From Octopus sinensis (Eukaryota), in contig NC_042998.1 in the NCBI RefSeq assembly GCF_006345805.1, forward strand, positions 2,542,001 to 2,606,000: a stretch of DNA of 64,000 bases, in the 5' to 3' direction. Under the pieces are notes generated by a model. The model saw only the letters and a program-made list of their open reading frames with translations. It did no database searches and was not told the DNA's origin. Numbering within the stretch: position 1 is the first letter of the stretch; each line of letters starts with the position of its first letter. Positions 24,431-35,984 of this stretch are shown piece by piece. Position numbers and translations under genes: made by a program.

Positions 24431-24494
<64 letters not shown>

Positions 24495-24496
<2 letters not shown>

Positions 24497-24690
24497 CGGG
24501 AAGGTTTACGAAAATAAACAAAAGACGAAGGCAGGTGGAGTACAAACAAACAAATGTAGTAGTATAGCGCTCAGGAATAGAAAAAGTCTTTTATGTTTCG
24601 AGCCTACGCTCTTCGACAGAAAGATACGCAGAAAAAAAAAAAACAAGGAGAGAAACAAGGAGAGAAAAAATGCGTGTAGGAGCTAACGAT
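24495..24690 (-). mobile_element. Penelope-like terminal fragment with atypical hammerhead-like motif (24586-24624)
   Basis: Minus strand UCUUU CUGUCGAA GAGC GUAG GCUC GAAA CA UA AAAGA; related copy at 50073-50250; abuts a microsatellite. Confidence 0.5.
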
Positions 24691-25035
24691 CCTATATAAA
24701 GGCAGATAGGCCAAAACTTCGTCGTCACTGCCACTCATCTTGTTGAAGTATAATAAATATGTATTTTACTAATAAGTATTGAACTATCTTTCCGTTTATT
24801 GTTAAATTGTGTATATATACTTCGCTTTCGCATTTGGTTTGCAAGATTCTTGATGTGAAGTCGTATGCTGGAACAAAGCAGAGAGTGAACGCCATTGATG
24901 AGGTCGTTAATGGCGATGAAAGAACTTTGACCAACAACTGATTGATTTTGTAACCAACAGATTATAAACAAGCGATCGATTAGTTAGATAACGAACCAAT
25001 TGATTAACAATAAAGAAGTTATATTGAACTAGTGC

Positions 25036-25076
<41 letters not shown>

Positions 25077-25080
<4 letters not shown>

Positions 25081-25452
25081 GAAGCACTCCGTCGGTTACG
25101 ACGACAAGGTTTCCGGTTAATCCGAATCAACGGAACAGCCTGCTCGTGAAATTAACGTGTAAGTGGCTGAGCACTCCACAGACACATGTACCCTTAACGT
25201 AGTTCTCGGGGATATTCAGCGTGACACAGAGAGTGACAAGGCCGGCCCTTTGAAATATAGGTACAACAGAAACAGGAAGTAAGAGTAAGTTGTGGTGAAA
25301 AAGTACAGCAGGGATCACCACCATCCCCTGCCGTAGCCTCGTGGAGCTTTTAGGTGTTTTCGCTCAATAAACACTCACAACGCCCGGTCTGGGAATCGAA
25401 ACCGCGATCCTATGACCGCGAGTCCGCTGCCCTAACCACTGGGCCATTGCGT
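25077..25452 (-). mobile_element. tRNA-derived SINE, family D (tRNA-Arg-like head)
   Basis: Minus strand GCAATGGCCCAGTGGTTAGGGCAGCGGACTCGCG...GGTTTCGATTCCC. Confidence 0.85.
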
Positions 25453-25819
25453 CACAACAATATATATTTATATATATACATACAACTTGACGTAAAGACA
25501 AATGTTAATACATATACTTACAAAGCTGGCAGAATCGTTAGCACGCCGAGCATTTCGGTATTGTCTTGTTCTGAGTTCAAATTTCGCAGAGGTTGACTTT
25601 GCTTTTCATCCTTGTAGGGACGATATCATCAACTTACTCTTCTGCGAACTTTCTGGCGTTGTGCCAAAATTTGAAACCAATATATATATATATATACATG
25701 TATATTATCTGACGCGTTTGGTGGAATGAAGGAAATACTCAAAAGAAAAATTTGAAAACTTGCTTACTTGCTTTTTTTTCATCCAAAAGATATATTTGAA
25801 ACCCTATCTTTATCGATGC

Positions 25820-25859
<40 letters not shown>

Positions 25860-26325
25860 GAAGAAGAAGAAGAAGAAGAAAGGAAATAGAGCTCAATTCA
25901 CAGTCTTTCACATAGAAATTTAAGTTGAATTGTCGGTGACAAACAAGCGAAGGAAGGGCAGCGAGAATTCCAAACGTTGAAGAAACAAGTTGCCGCCATT
26001 TGTTTGGTATTTGTATTTGTTGGGCTTCTATCTCTTTCCTTTTCAGATTCTTTTTCTTTTAGTTGTGTTTTGAAGTTACATCAGTTCTACAAAAAATATG
26101 CCGTATAATATTCTTAATATATCCACGACTAATAAACAATCCATAGACTAGTCAGAAATTAGAATTGCTTTCTTGTAGTGAACTGTTTTTCGTTGAAATA
26201 CGTATTCAAATATGCAAAACAACTTCTTTAAATCACCAAAAATACGAAGCTAAAACAAATATTCTTTAGAAAACTTTAATCGCTTTTGTGGCAAATATAT
26301 ATATATATATATAAATATATATATA

Positions 26326-26625
26326 TGTGGGTTCAGTCCCACTGCGTGGCACCTTGAGCAAGTATCTTCTACTATAGCCTCCGGCCAACCAAAGCCTTGT
26401 GAGTGGATTTGGTAGACGGAAACTGAAAAAAGTTCATCGTATATATGTGTGTGTGTGTCTGCGTTTGTTCCCCCAACATCGCTTGACGACCGATGCTAGT
26501 GTGCTTGCGTTCCCGTAACTTGGCGGTTCCTCAAAAGAGAGCGATAGAATAAGTGGGGTCGATTTGGTCGACTAAAGGCGGTGCTCCAGCATGGCCGCAG
26601 TCAAATGACTGAAACAAGTAAAAAA
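26326..26625 (+). mobile_element. SINE family B, 5'-truncated
   Basis: Matches family B body and tail. Confidence 0.85.
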
Positions 26626-26700
26626 TACGAGTATATATATATATATAGAAAATAGTAAAAAGTGAAAAAACTTTTCACAGTATATATATATATATATATA

Positions 26701-26933
26701 TATAATTAGTGAATGGAAGAAATGGAGTTGAACGAAGATTGTACAGAATTCTTCGTTCAACTCCATTTCTTCCATTCACTAATTATATTAAACTTCAATT
26801 ATCCGCACCAACGCACGGTTGCAGCACCATATGGTCTTATCTCCAACCGTGTTTTTTCTGCTGTGATTTTTGCTACCCAGGTATCGGTTAAACTTTTGAA
26901 TAATCCGTAACAAGATAATTCATCTTTCCATTT

Positions 26934-26940
<7 letters not shown>
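26701..26940. repeat. Insertion in (TA)n starting with a perfect 38-bp inverted repeat (26701-26738 / 26750-26787)
   Basis: TATAATTAGTGAATGGAAGAAATGGAGTTGAACGAAGA, 11-nt spacer, exact reverse complement. Confidence 0.85.
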
Positions 26941-26968
<28 letters not shown>

Positions 26969-27112
26969 CTTTATTTAAAGCAGCAGAAAATTCAACAAAA
27001 CCTGTAACAGGTTTTGTTGAATTTTGTGCTGCTTTAAATAAAGCATATTATTCTACCACTGGTATTTGAGTACTCTTTTTTCCACCTTGTTTCACATTTA
27101 TGTGTTTATTCC

Positions 27113-27115
<3 letters not shown>
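26969..27115. mobile_element. Fold-back Penelope-like terminal fragment (same family as 40739-40980)
   Basis: 37-bp inverted repeat 26969-27005 / 27007-27043 (one mismatch); right arm continues as reverse complement of 40739-40847. Confidence 0.75.
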
Positions 27116-27150
<35 letters not shown>

Positions 27151-28281
27151 CATAAGTTGTAGGTAAGGAAGAAAAGAACTCTATACATGTGTATGTATAT
27201 GTATGTATGTAATTTTATTCTGTAATTTTAACAGTTACGACGTTTTCCCAATAACAAAAACTGAAGTTTGTGAAATTTAAAATCTAAACTCATAGGTAAA
27301 TAAATAAATAAATAAATGAAAAGTTAATTTGCAAGCGCAATCAGTTTGGTAGTTACTGTAAGGTAAAATTCAGTTAGATAATTATTTTTACCAGAAATTC
27401 CCTTCCTCATTTTCTCTCTAAACACACACACACACACAGACGTACGTACGTACGTACGTTCTGAACACATCACACATTATTCGCTTCTCTGATATTTATT
27501 GTTAACATGTTAAGATTTTTGTGCAACGTAAGCAAAAAGGAAATGATGTGAATGTCATTCCAGAAAGCAACGATTTAAAACAACTTTGTGATTATGTCAA
27601 GCTTTTACTTTGTTCTGTTTTGTTTTATTTCCCCCTCTCAGACACGCATACTTTCGCTGTTAGAAACAATTTCCTATTAACTGTGAAAGGATGTCTTTTT
27701 ATTCAGTTAGTGTATTGTAAAGAGTTTCTTTATGTCAAAGAATATTTTTCCATTAACCAACCAGGTTTACGTTTGAAAATAAGCTAGCAGCCAGAAAGAA
27801 TTTTTAAAACAACACATACGTCCATAAAATGGTTTCACAGACGAAAGATGTTTTAAGTTCGTTGTTGTTTACCCCCAGGTTAACACTAATTGAGCAGACT
27901 TACGTTGGAAAGATTGAAAAAATAGTTGTAACTATCTCGTCTTTTTCTCGGGACTACATTATCAACGCATGTGTGTGATGGAATTTGAAGGACATGTAGC
28001 GGTTAATATATACAACATGTAGACAGATGTAACAAGTTAGGAGAAGTGACAGAGCTTTTTTTTTTACTTGTTTCAATCATTGGACTACGGCCATGTTGGG
28101 GCACTGCCTTGAAGGGTTTAGTCGAGGCGTTCTCAACCATTTTTATCTATGGATCTCTTTGATTGCTATTCTATGTTTAAAAGCTAGTTTTATAGACGCT
28201 TCTTTCAAAATTCTTATTTTGTTTTTCACACATTATGTAAAGCAGACCCAACTAGTTTCCTTCAACGTTTCCTAACCCAGA

Positions 28282-28530
28282 ATGAGTGTTTGGTTCATCA
28301 CTTTGAGCCAGATACAAAAAGACAATCCATGCAGTGGAAACCCCTCTTCACCTGCTCCAATGAAGGCCAAGGTTGTTTCATTTGTAGTGAAGGTGATGGC
28401 CTCAGATTTTCGGAATACAGAAGGCATTGCGTTCTTTCCATATCTTGAAAAGAGCCACACCATCAATGGAGAGTATTATTCCAACTTGCTAAAGTAGTTA
28501 CGGAAGGCTATCAAGGCCAAAACGCCCTAA
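28282..28530 (+). mobile_element. Mariner transposase remnant
   Basis: PSSPAPMKAKVVS..KVMAS.F....GI....YLEKSHTINGEYYSNLL; frameshifts and stops. Confidence 0.85.
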
Positions 28531-28789
28531 AAATATCGTACATCATTGTCAATACTTGTGTAGGCAAAACCTAACACAAGCCATCAACCACTCTACGACC
28601 TACAAATACATTAAATCTGAATAAATTTAGATCGATCCGAGGATCACAGAAACCACATCCGTATCTCAGTTGGGGGCTTCAACCCACTAACTGCCGATCT
28701 CTGGCTTAGTTGATCAAAGTACACAGTTAATAAGTGGTGTCGAAGCATCACTATCAAATTACCTCATCAAATTATCCTACAGTATTATA

Positions 28790-29088
28790 CTCTTTTTCTT
28801 TGCGCCCTTTTCAAGCCTAGCCAGGCTCATGAGCCCAGTTTCCCTGTTTCTATGGCGTATGTGTTCCCCCCAGCTGGACGAGACGCCAGTCCATCGCAGC
28901 GTTACTCAAGAAACAGGAAGAAAGACTGAGAGAAAGTTGGGACGAAAGAGTACAACAGGGGTCGTCACCACCCCCTGCCGGAGCCTCGTGGAGCTTTAGG
29001 TGTTTTCACTCAATAAACACACACAACGCCCGGTCTGGGAATCGAAACCGTGAGTCCACTGCCCTAACCACTGGGCCATTGCGCCTCC
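28790..29088 (-). mobile_element. SINE family D variant with different tail
   Basis: Head and body match 25260-25452; tail GCTGCGATGGACTGGCGTCTCGTCCAG differs. Confidence 0.8.
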
Positions 29089-29230
29089 AAAACATTATTA
29101 TACTAGGTATCTCATAATATTGACACACATTTTATTTGTAATTTTCAAGATTGCTGGCACTCACCCACGCTTGTACCAATGCTAGTTACTTGCATTTAAA
29201 ATGTATTTCATTATTATGAGGCATCGTAAA

Positions 29231-30420
29231 GGCGGCGAGCTGGCAGAATTGTTAGCACGCCGGGTGAAATGCGTAGCCGTATTACGTCTGCCGTTACGTT
29301 CTGAGTTCAAATTCCGCCGAGGTCGACTTTGCCCTTCATCCTTTCGGGGTCGATAAATTAAGTACCAGTTACGCACTGGGGTGGGTAGTAAAGAAATAGT
29401 TATTTCGCCCGTCGCAACGTTCTGAGTTCAAATTCCGCCGAGGTTGACTTTGTCTTTTATCCTTTCGTGGTCGATAAATTAAGTACCAGTGAAAACAATG
29501 GGATCGATGTAATTGACTCATCTCCACCCCCAAAATTGCTGCCCTTATGGCAAAATTTGAAACCATTATTATGAGATATCGTTACAGCGACGAGCTGAGA
29601 GAACCGTTATCGCTCCGGACAAAACGCTAAGCGGTATTTCTTCCGTCTTTACGTTCTGAGTTTAGATTCCGGCGAGGTCGACTTTGCTTTTCATCCTTTC
29701 AGAGTTGATAAAATAAGCATCAGTCAAGTATGGAAGTAATCGACTTCCCCAATCTTCTCAAAAACTGTTGACCCTGTGCCAAAATTTAAAACCAGTTCTT
29801 TTCTACTCTAGGCACAAGGCCCGAAATTTTGGGGAGGGGGAAAGTCGATTAGATCTAACCCAGTGCGTAACTGGTACTTAATTTATTGACCCCGAAAGGA
29901 CGAAAGGCAAAGTCGACCTCGACGGAATTTGAACTCAGAACGTAAAGACAGACGAAATACCGCTAAGCATTTCGCCCGGCATGCTAACGTTTCTGCCAGC
30001 TCGCCGCCTTAAATTTGAAACCATTATTGAGACACCATTAAGGCAGCAAGCTGGCAGAATCGGGAGCACATCGGATAAAATGCTTAGCGGCATTTCGTCC
30101 TTTACATTCTGAGTTCAAATTACCTGAGGTCTGTTATCCCCTTCTCCCAAAATTTCAGGTGTTATACCTTTAGTAGAAAGGATTATTATTATAAGACACC
30201 CTAGGGTTGGCAGAATCGTTACCGCACCCGACAAAATGTTTAGCGGAAATTATTTCTTCCGGTTTTACGTTTTGAGTTCAAATACCGCCGAGGTGGACTT
30301 CGCTTTTCATCCCTTCGGGGTCGATAAAATAAGTACTAGTCAAGTACTGGAGATCAACATAGTTCACTATCTCCCTTCTCCAAAATTTCGAAGTATGTGC
30401 CTATAGTTGGAGAAAATTAT
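29231..30420. mobile_element. Cluster of about six family A SINEs, one inverted (~29797-30009)
   Basis: Repeated heads at 29231, ~29587, ~30041, ~30205 and a reverse-complement copy. Confidence 0.85.
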
Positions 30421-31594
30421 GAGACACTGCAAATTATAAGCATTCCCACATCATTGAATATGGTTGGGGAAATGTGGGGGTCTAAGCAGTAGCCTGTACT
30501 ACATCTTTCGCAATGTTTCAACCAAGAGTTTTCTGTAAGCACCGTCAGGTTATAAAAGCGTGATGTATATTTATGTTGAATTATGAAAAATTGTGACTTG
30601 GAGGTATCAACTGTCTCAGCTGATATACTAATTAACGAAGTATATCTTTATTTGGCAGATAAACAACTGTTTAATAGTCAGCTGTTAAGTCCCTGATTGA
30701 TATCTGATGTGATATTCAAGATAAGTCTATCTAGAAAGCTTATGAAACTCAATCCAGTATATAATTTACTTTGTTTAATTGGAAGTAAATGAGTCAGTGA
30801 TGAGACATAAAAAAAGGCTGAAACAACAGCTGAATCTGTCGATTTTGACGATTAATGTTCAATTGTTTGCTCAACCGAATTATCTGCTCTTTGATTTAAC
30901 ATATAAGTGGCTGAACATTCTACTTCTACTTGTGAAGTGAAGTGATAGTAGTCTCTCGTCGTCCAAGAAGGACAGTCATACAATTTCTTACTGAACGACT
31001 TGTACAAAATGATTTGATTATAGTGATCAAGCGTTTGTGCTGTACATTAGCCCAACCCATGAAATCGATGTTGTCTGAAGAGGTGCACAGTGTACCTATA
31101 TATCGGGTGACGAAGTGACCGCAGAGCAATGTGAGATAAATTGCTTTGCTCAAGAACAGAACGCATTACTCGATCCAGGAATTGAAATCATGTTATTATG
31201 ATCGTACGTGTAACACCCTAATCACTAGGCCATCTACCCTCACATCTACCCTTTATATATTTCTCAGGAAGAATCAAAGTCACAAAGCTAGGTCTATAAA
31301 TTATTGGTATAACGCGTCCGTTAGGCTTCCACACAGTTTCCTTCTTCCCGATTACACCCACAAGATTTGCGTTAACCTCAAGTTATGGTAAAAGACGGTT
31401 TCATCAAAAGACCACCCAGCATGATTGAAACCCATATCTCGTGATTGCAAAGCGAACTTGTTCGCCATACAGCCATGCTGGTTGCTCCCAAACAAAATTG
31501 GTAAGCAGTGACATATTTTTGGTTAGAGTAAAAATACGGTTCTTCGTGGGTTGGCTGAAAAGTTCATAGACTGACCAAGACACTCTCATAGAAT

Positions 31595-32090
31595 GTGATC
31601 AAATGAGGTTTCAACACAGTTTCCTTTTGGTCCACACACGTCTTCCATCAGTGCTGCAGTGCTTGGATCTCATTGGTGAAGAAGCTTTCATCTTGTTAGT
31701 CAAAAAAGTCATTACCAGCAGATATGACGTCATCATCACTGCGATACTGGTTCCCAGGCAGGCGTTTTTTCCTCCTGGGGAACAGATGAGTCAGATGGGG
31801 CCAAATCAGGAGAATAAGGAGAGTGGTCAACCAGTTCAAACCCAGTCATGCACAGCAGCCATTGAAAGCAAGGACTTGTGTGCTGTAGGAGTGTCCTGAT
31901 GAAACAAAAATCCTTTCGTTATTTTCCTGGGCGTTTCGTCTAGATATCCTTTCGTAGCTGCCTCGGTAAGTTGGCATACTACTCTCCAATGATGGTGTGG
32001 CCCTTTTCAAGATAGTCAATAAACACAATGCCTTTTGCATCCCCAAAACTTGGGGCCATCGCCTTCCTTGCTGATGAAACAACCATGGCG
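31595..32090 (-). mobile_element. Mariner transposase remnant (DDD domain C-terminal half)
   Basis: Minus-strand frames give SSAGKAMA..DAKGIVFIDYLEKGHTI, LFHQD, LVDHSPYSPDLAPSD, DDVISA; frameshifted. Confidence 0.85.
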
Positions 32091-32197
32091 TTCTTTTGGA
32101 GTAAATGAGGAGAGGTGTTTACATGCACAGGCGGTGTTTGCTTTCATTTATTTATTTATCTATTCATACTTCAAAATCTTATTACTGCTGATGTTAA

Positions 32198-33000
32198 GGC
32201 GGCGAGCTGGCAGAAACGTTAGCACGCCGGGCGAAATGCGTAGCCGTATTTCGTCTGCCGTTACGTTCTGAGTTCAAATTCCGCCGAGGTCGACTTTGCC
32301 TTTCATCCTTTCGGGGTCGATAAATTAAGTACCAGTTACGCACTGGGGTCGATGTAATCGACTTAATCCGTTTGTCTGTTCTCTCTGTGTTTAGCCCCTT
32401 GTGGGCAGTAAAGAGATAGGTATTTCGTCTGCCGTTACGTTCTGAGTTCAAATTCCGCCGAGGTCGACTTTGCCTTTCAACCTTTCGGGGTCGATTAAAT
32501 AAGTACCAGTTACGCACTGGGGTTCGATATAATCGACTTAATCAGTTTGTCCTCTATGTGTTTAGCCTCTTGTGGGTAGTAAAGAAATAAGAATCGTTAC
32601 CGCACCGAGCAAAATGCTTACCGGCATCTTATCCCTTTTTACTTTCTGAGTTCAAATGCCGCTGAGGCTGACTTTGCCTTTCATCCTTTCGCGAGAGCGA
32701 TAGCAATAAGTACCAGCTGAGCAGTGGGGGAGATGTAATCGATTTATTCCGCTTCCTCGAAATTGCTGGCCTTGTGCCAAAATTTGAAACCAATATCACT
32801 GCTGATGTTAAAGGCGAGCTAACTGAATTGTTAGCATGCACTTCTTCCAGCTTCACATTTTGAGTTCAAATTCCGCCGAGGTCGAATTTGCCTTTCATCC
32901 CTTTAGGGTCAATGAAATAAGTAACAGTCGAGTACTGGAATCGATGTAATTGACGAACCGAATTCCCCCAACATTCCAGTCCTGTGCCTAAAGCAGAAGG
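32198..33000 (+). mobile_element. Cluster of family A SINEs (young dimer inserted into older copies)
   Basis: Head 32198, second body ~32419, older degenerate copies to ~33000. Confidence 0.85.
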
Positions 33001-33074
33001 AAATATTTCTGCTGTTGCTGAGACTATAAGTAGTTTACCATGATATCATGTTTGCTTTAAAGTTAATAATTATA

Positions 33075-33606
33075 GGCGCAGGGGTGGCTGTGTGGTAAGT
33101 AGCTTACTTACCTATTTCTTTATTACCCACAAGGGGCAAAACATGGAGGAGACAAACAAAGACAAACATAGGTATTAAGTCGATTACATCGACCACAGTG
33201 CGTAACTGGTACTTAATTTATCGACCCCGAAAGGATGAAAGGCAAAGTCAACCTCGGCGGAATTTGAACTCAGAACGTAACGGCAGACGAAGTAGCTTAC
33301 TTACCAACCACATGGTTCCTTGTTCAGTCACGCTGCAAGTGTCTTCTACTATAGCCTCGGGCCGACCAAAGTCTTGTGAGTGGATTTGGTAGATGGAAGC
33401 TGAAAGAAGCCTGTCGTATATATGTATATGTGTGTGTGTGTTTGTGTGTCTGTGTTTGTTCTCCCAACATTGCTTGACAACTTATGCTGATGTGATCGAT
33501 AGAATAAGTACTAGGCTTCCAAAGAATAAGTCCTGGGGTCGATTTGCTCGACTAAAGGCGGTGCTCCAGCATGGCCACGGTCAAATGACTAAAACAAGTA
33601 AAAGAG
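33075..33606 (+). mobile_element. SINE family B interrupted by an antisense headless family A unit (33113-33289)
   Basis: 16-bp target duplication AAGTAGCTTACTTACC at 33097-33112 and 33290-33305. Confidence 0.9.
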
Positions 33607-34867
33607 GAGACAAAGATTCAAACTAATTAGATATATGTACCACTCCTCTACACCTTTGTACCCAGAACCCATATAAAAATTTCCACAACTTCCCATGGGA
33701 TGGTACTGCCTATTTTGAGAAGTACTGATCTAACAGAACAAATCTTTATGGAGTAAAAGGGTTGCTGCTGGAGAACCAATGCTGAGAACGTCACTTCATC
33801 CCACTGCAAAATACAGCTCATGGTGAATGATAGGTAAGTCTACAATTCAAAACCGGAATAAGACCAAACTGTTGCTTCCAAACGGCCGTGTTGTTAAAAC
33901 GCTTGCTTTGCACCCAACTGGTTTCAGGTTCAGTGTCAAGGCATAGCACCTTGAGCAAGTGTCTTCTAGTCTATCCCTGGACCGACCAATGTCATGCGAG
34001 TAAATTTGGTGGATGGAAACCATTGAGAAGCCCACTGTGTGAATGTGTGTTTGCGTTTGTAACTCCTCCACTGCTTGACAGCCGGTGTTGGTTGGTTTAT
34101 GTCCCATAACTTACAAGTTCAACTAAATCACCGATATAGTAAGTACCAGACTTTTATGTCATATGAGTGAATTTGGTAGATGGAAACCATTTAGAAACCC
34201 ATGCGTAAATGTGTTTGTGTGTCTCTTTGCATTTGTAACCCTTCCAATGCTTGACAGTCGATGTTGGTTCGTTTATGTCCCCGTAACTTAGATTAACCGA
34301 TATAATAAGTACCAGGCTTTAAAAGAGATGCATAAAACCTTCAAGGTGATGCCCCAGCATGGCTGCAGTGCAACTGAAACAAGTAAAAGAAATAAAAGCT
34401 AAAGATTCTTTATATTTCATCTCTTTTAAAAAGAATTCCTTTCTAAATTTGTGATGAATTTTGTGTAGCTTCACCATCATCATCATCATTTTAAATGTCC
34501 ACTTTTCCATGTTGCATGGCTCAGAATTCATTAAGGCAGATTTTCTACAGCCTGTTGCTCTCCCTGTTGCTAACCTTCACCTGTTTCCAAGTCAGGTAAT
34601 ATCCCACCCAACCCCTGGCCAGTCATGCTTCCACAGTATATTGGAAATGAATGACACTGCTTGTATGAGAGAGACACATGTAATTTTTCTTTTTTTAAAC
34701 CAAGTTTTTTTTCTCTCCGTTACTCAGCCCGTCTGTAACACTTTCATGTGATTAGTTGACGGGAAAGGTGAAGAGTGAAAGTAAAAAGAAAGAGAAACAT
34801 AGTATAGGTGAATAACGAGAGACAAAGAGGGGGAGTGCTGCGTATTAAGCCTATAAAATTGTGCATA

Positions 34868-35120
34868 ATCATCATCATCATCATCATTTAACGTCCGTTC
34901 TCCATGCTAGCATGGGTTGGACGGTCCAACTGGGGTCTGGGAAGCCAGAAGGCTGCAAGAGGCCCAGTTTGATCTGGCAATGTTTCTACAGCTGGATGCC
35001 CTTCCTAATGCCAACCACTCCATGAGTGTAGTGGGTGCTTTTTACGTGCCACCGGAACGAGGCCAGTCGGGGCGGCGCTGGCAACGTTCAGATGGTACTC
35101 TTACGTGCCACCGGCACTGG
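34868..35120 (-). mobile_element. Family E retroposon 3' end (RTE-like tail, (GAT)n terminus)
   Basis: GGTTGGCATTAGGAAGGGCATCCAGCTGTAGAAAC...CCAACCCATGCTAGCATGGA...CGTTAAATGATGATG; other copies at ~40460-40640, 43870-44085, 45805-45990, 54766-55150. Confidence 0.75.
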
Positions 35121-35497
35121 TAACTCAGCTGCAATTTCCATTGATCGATTTCGATTCTGATCCTCACTTGCCTCAACAGGTCTTCACAAGTAGAATTTTT
35201 GTGTCCCAAGAAGGGAAGGTATGCATAAGTGGGCTGGCTAGATCCCATGTAGAAGGCCACGGGTTATGGTCTCACTTGTCCTCATCATATTCCAAATTCC
35301 TTCACTTTTCAATGATCAGCAGATGAGCGACTATCTTTTGATATGGACACACTACAGGCTACACTTCCAGTTTTTTTAGATTAAGTTTTCAGAAATAACC
35401 CAATAAGTTTACCATTAATTCCATGGAATATTCACGGTTCCCGCTAGAATATATAATTTCAGTCACTGGTGAGTAAAGAGAGAAAATGTTTCACATA

Positions 35498-35904
35498 GGT
35501 GCAGGAGTGGCTGTGTGGTAAGTAGCTTGCTTACCAACCACATGGTTCTGGGTTCAGTCCCACAGCGTGGCACCTTGGGCAAGTGTCTTCTACTATAACC
35601 TCGGGCCGACCAAAGCCTTGTGAGTGGATTTGGTAGATGGAAACTGAAAAGAAGCCCGTCGTATATATGTATATGTATATATATGTGTGTGTGTGTGTGT
35701 GCTTGTGCGTCTGTGTTTGTCCCCCCAACATCGATTGACAACCGATGCTGGTGTGTTTACGTCCCCGTAACTTAGCGGTTCGGCAAGAGAAACTGATAGA
35801 ATAAGTACTAGCCTTCCGAAGAATACATCCTGGGGTCGATTTGCTCAACTGAAGGCGGTGCTCCAGCATGGCCGCAGTCACATGACTGAAACGAGTAAAA
35901 GAGT
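35498..35904 (+). mobile_element. SINE family B, full length
   Basis: Matches 19568-19978. Confidence 0.9.
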
Positions 35905-35984
35905 ATGCAAAATACCAAGATGACTGTGATGCACTGTGATGTAAACAAAAGTCAATGAGAATTAGAAAATATTTGTCAAGACAA

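Noticed and set aside
25985-26005. YY1-like GCCGCCATTT and RFX-like GTTGCCATGAAGTAA (~19472) motifs as promoters
   Set aside because: Isolated short motifs with no supported downstream gene
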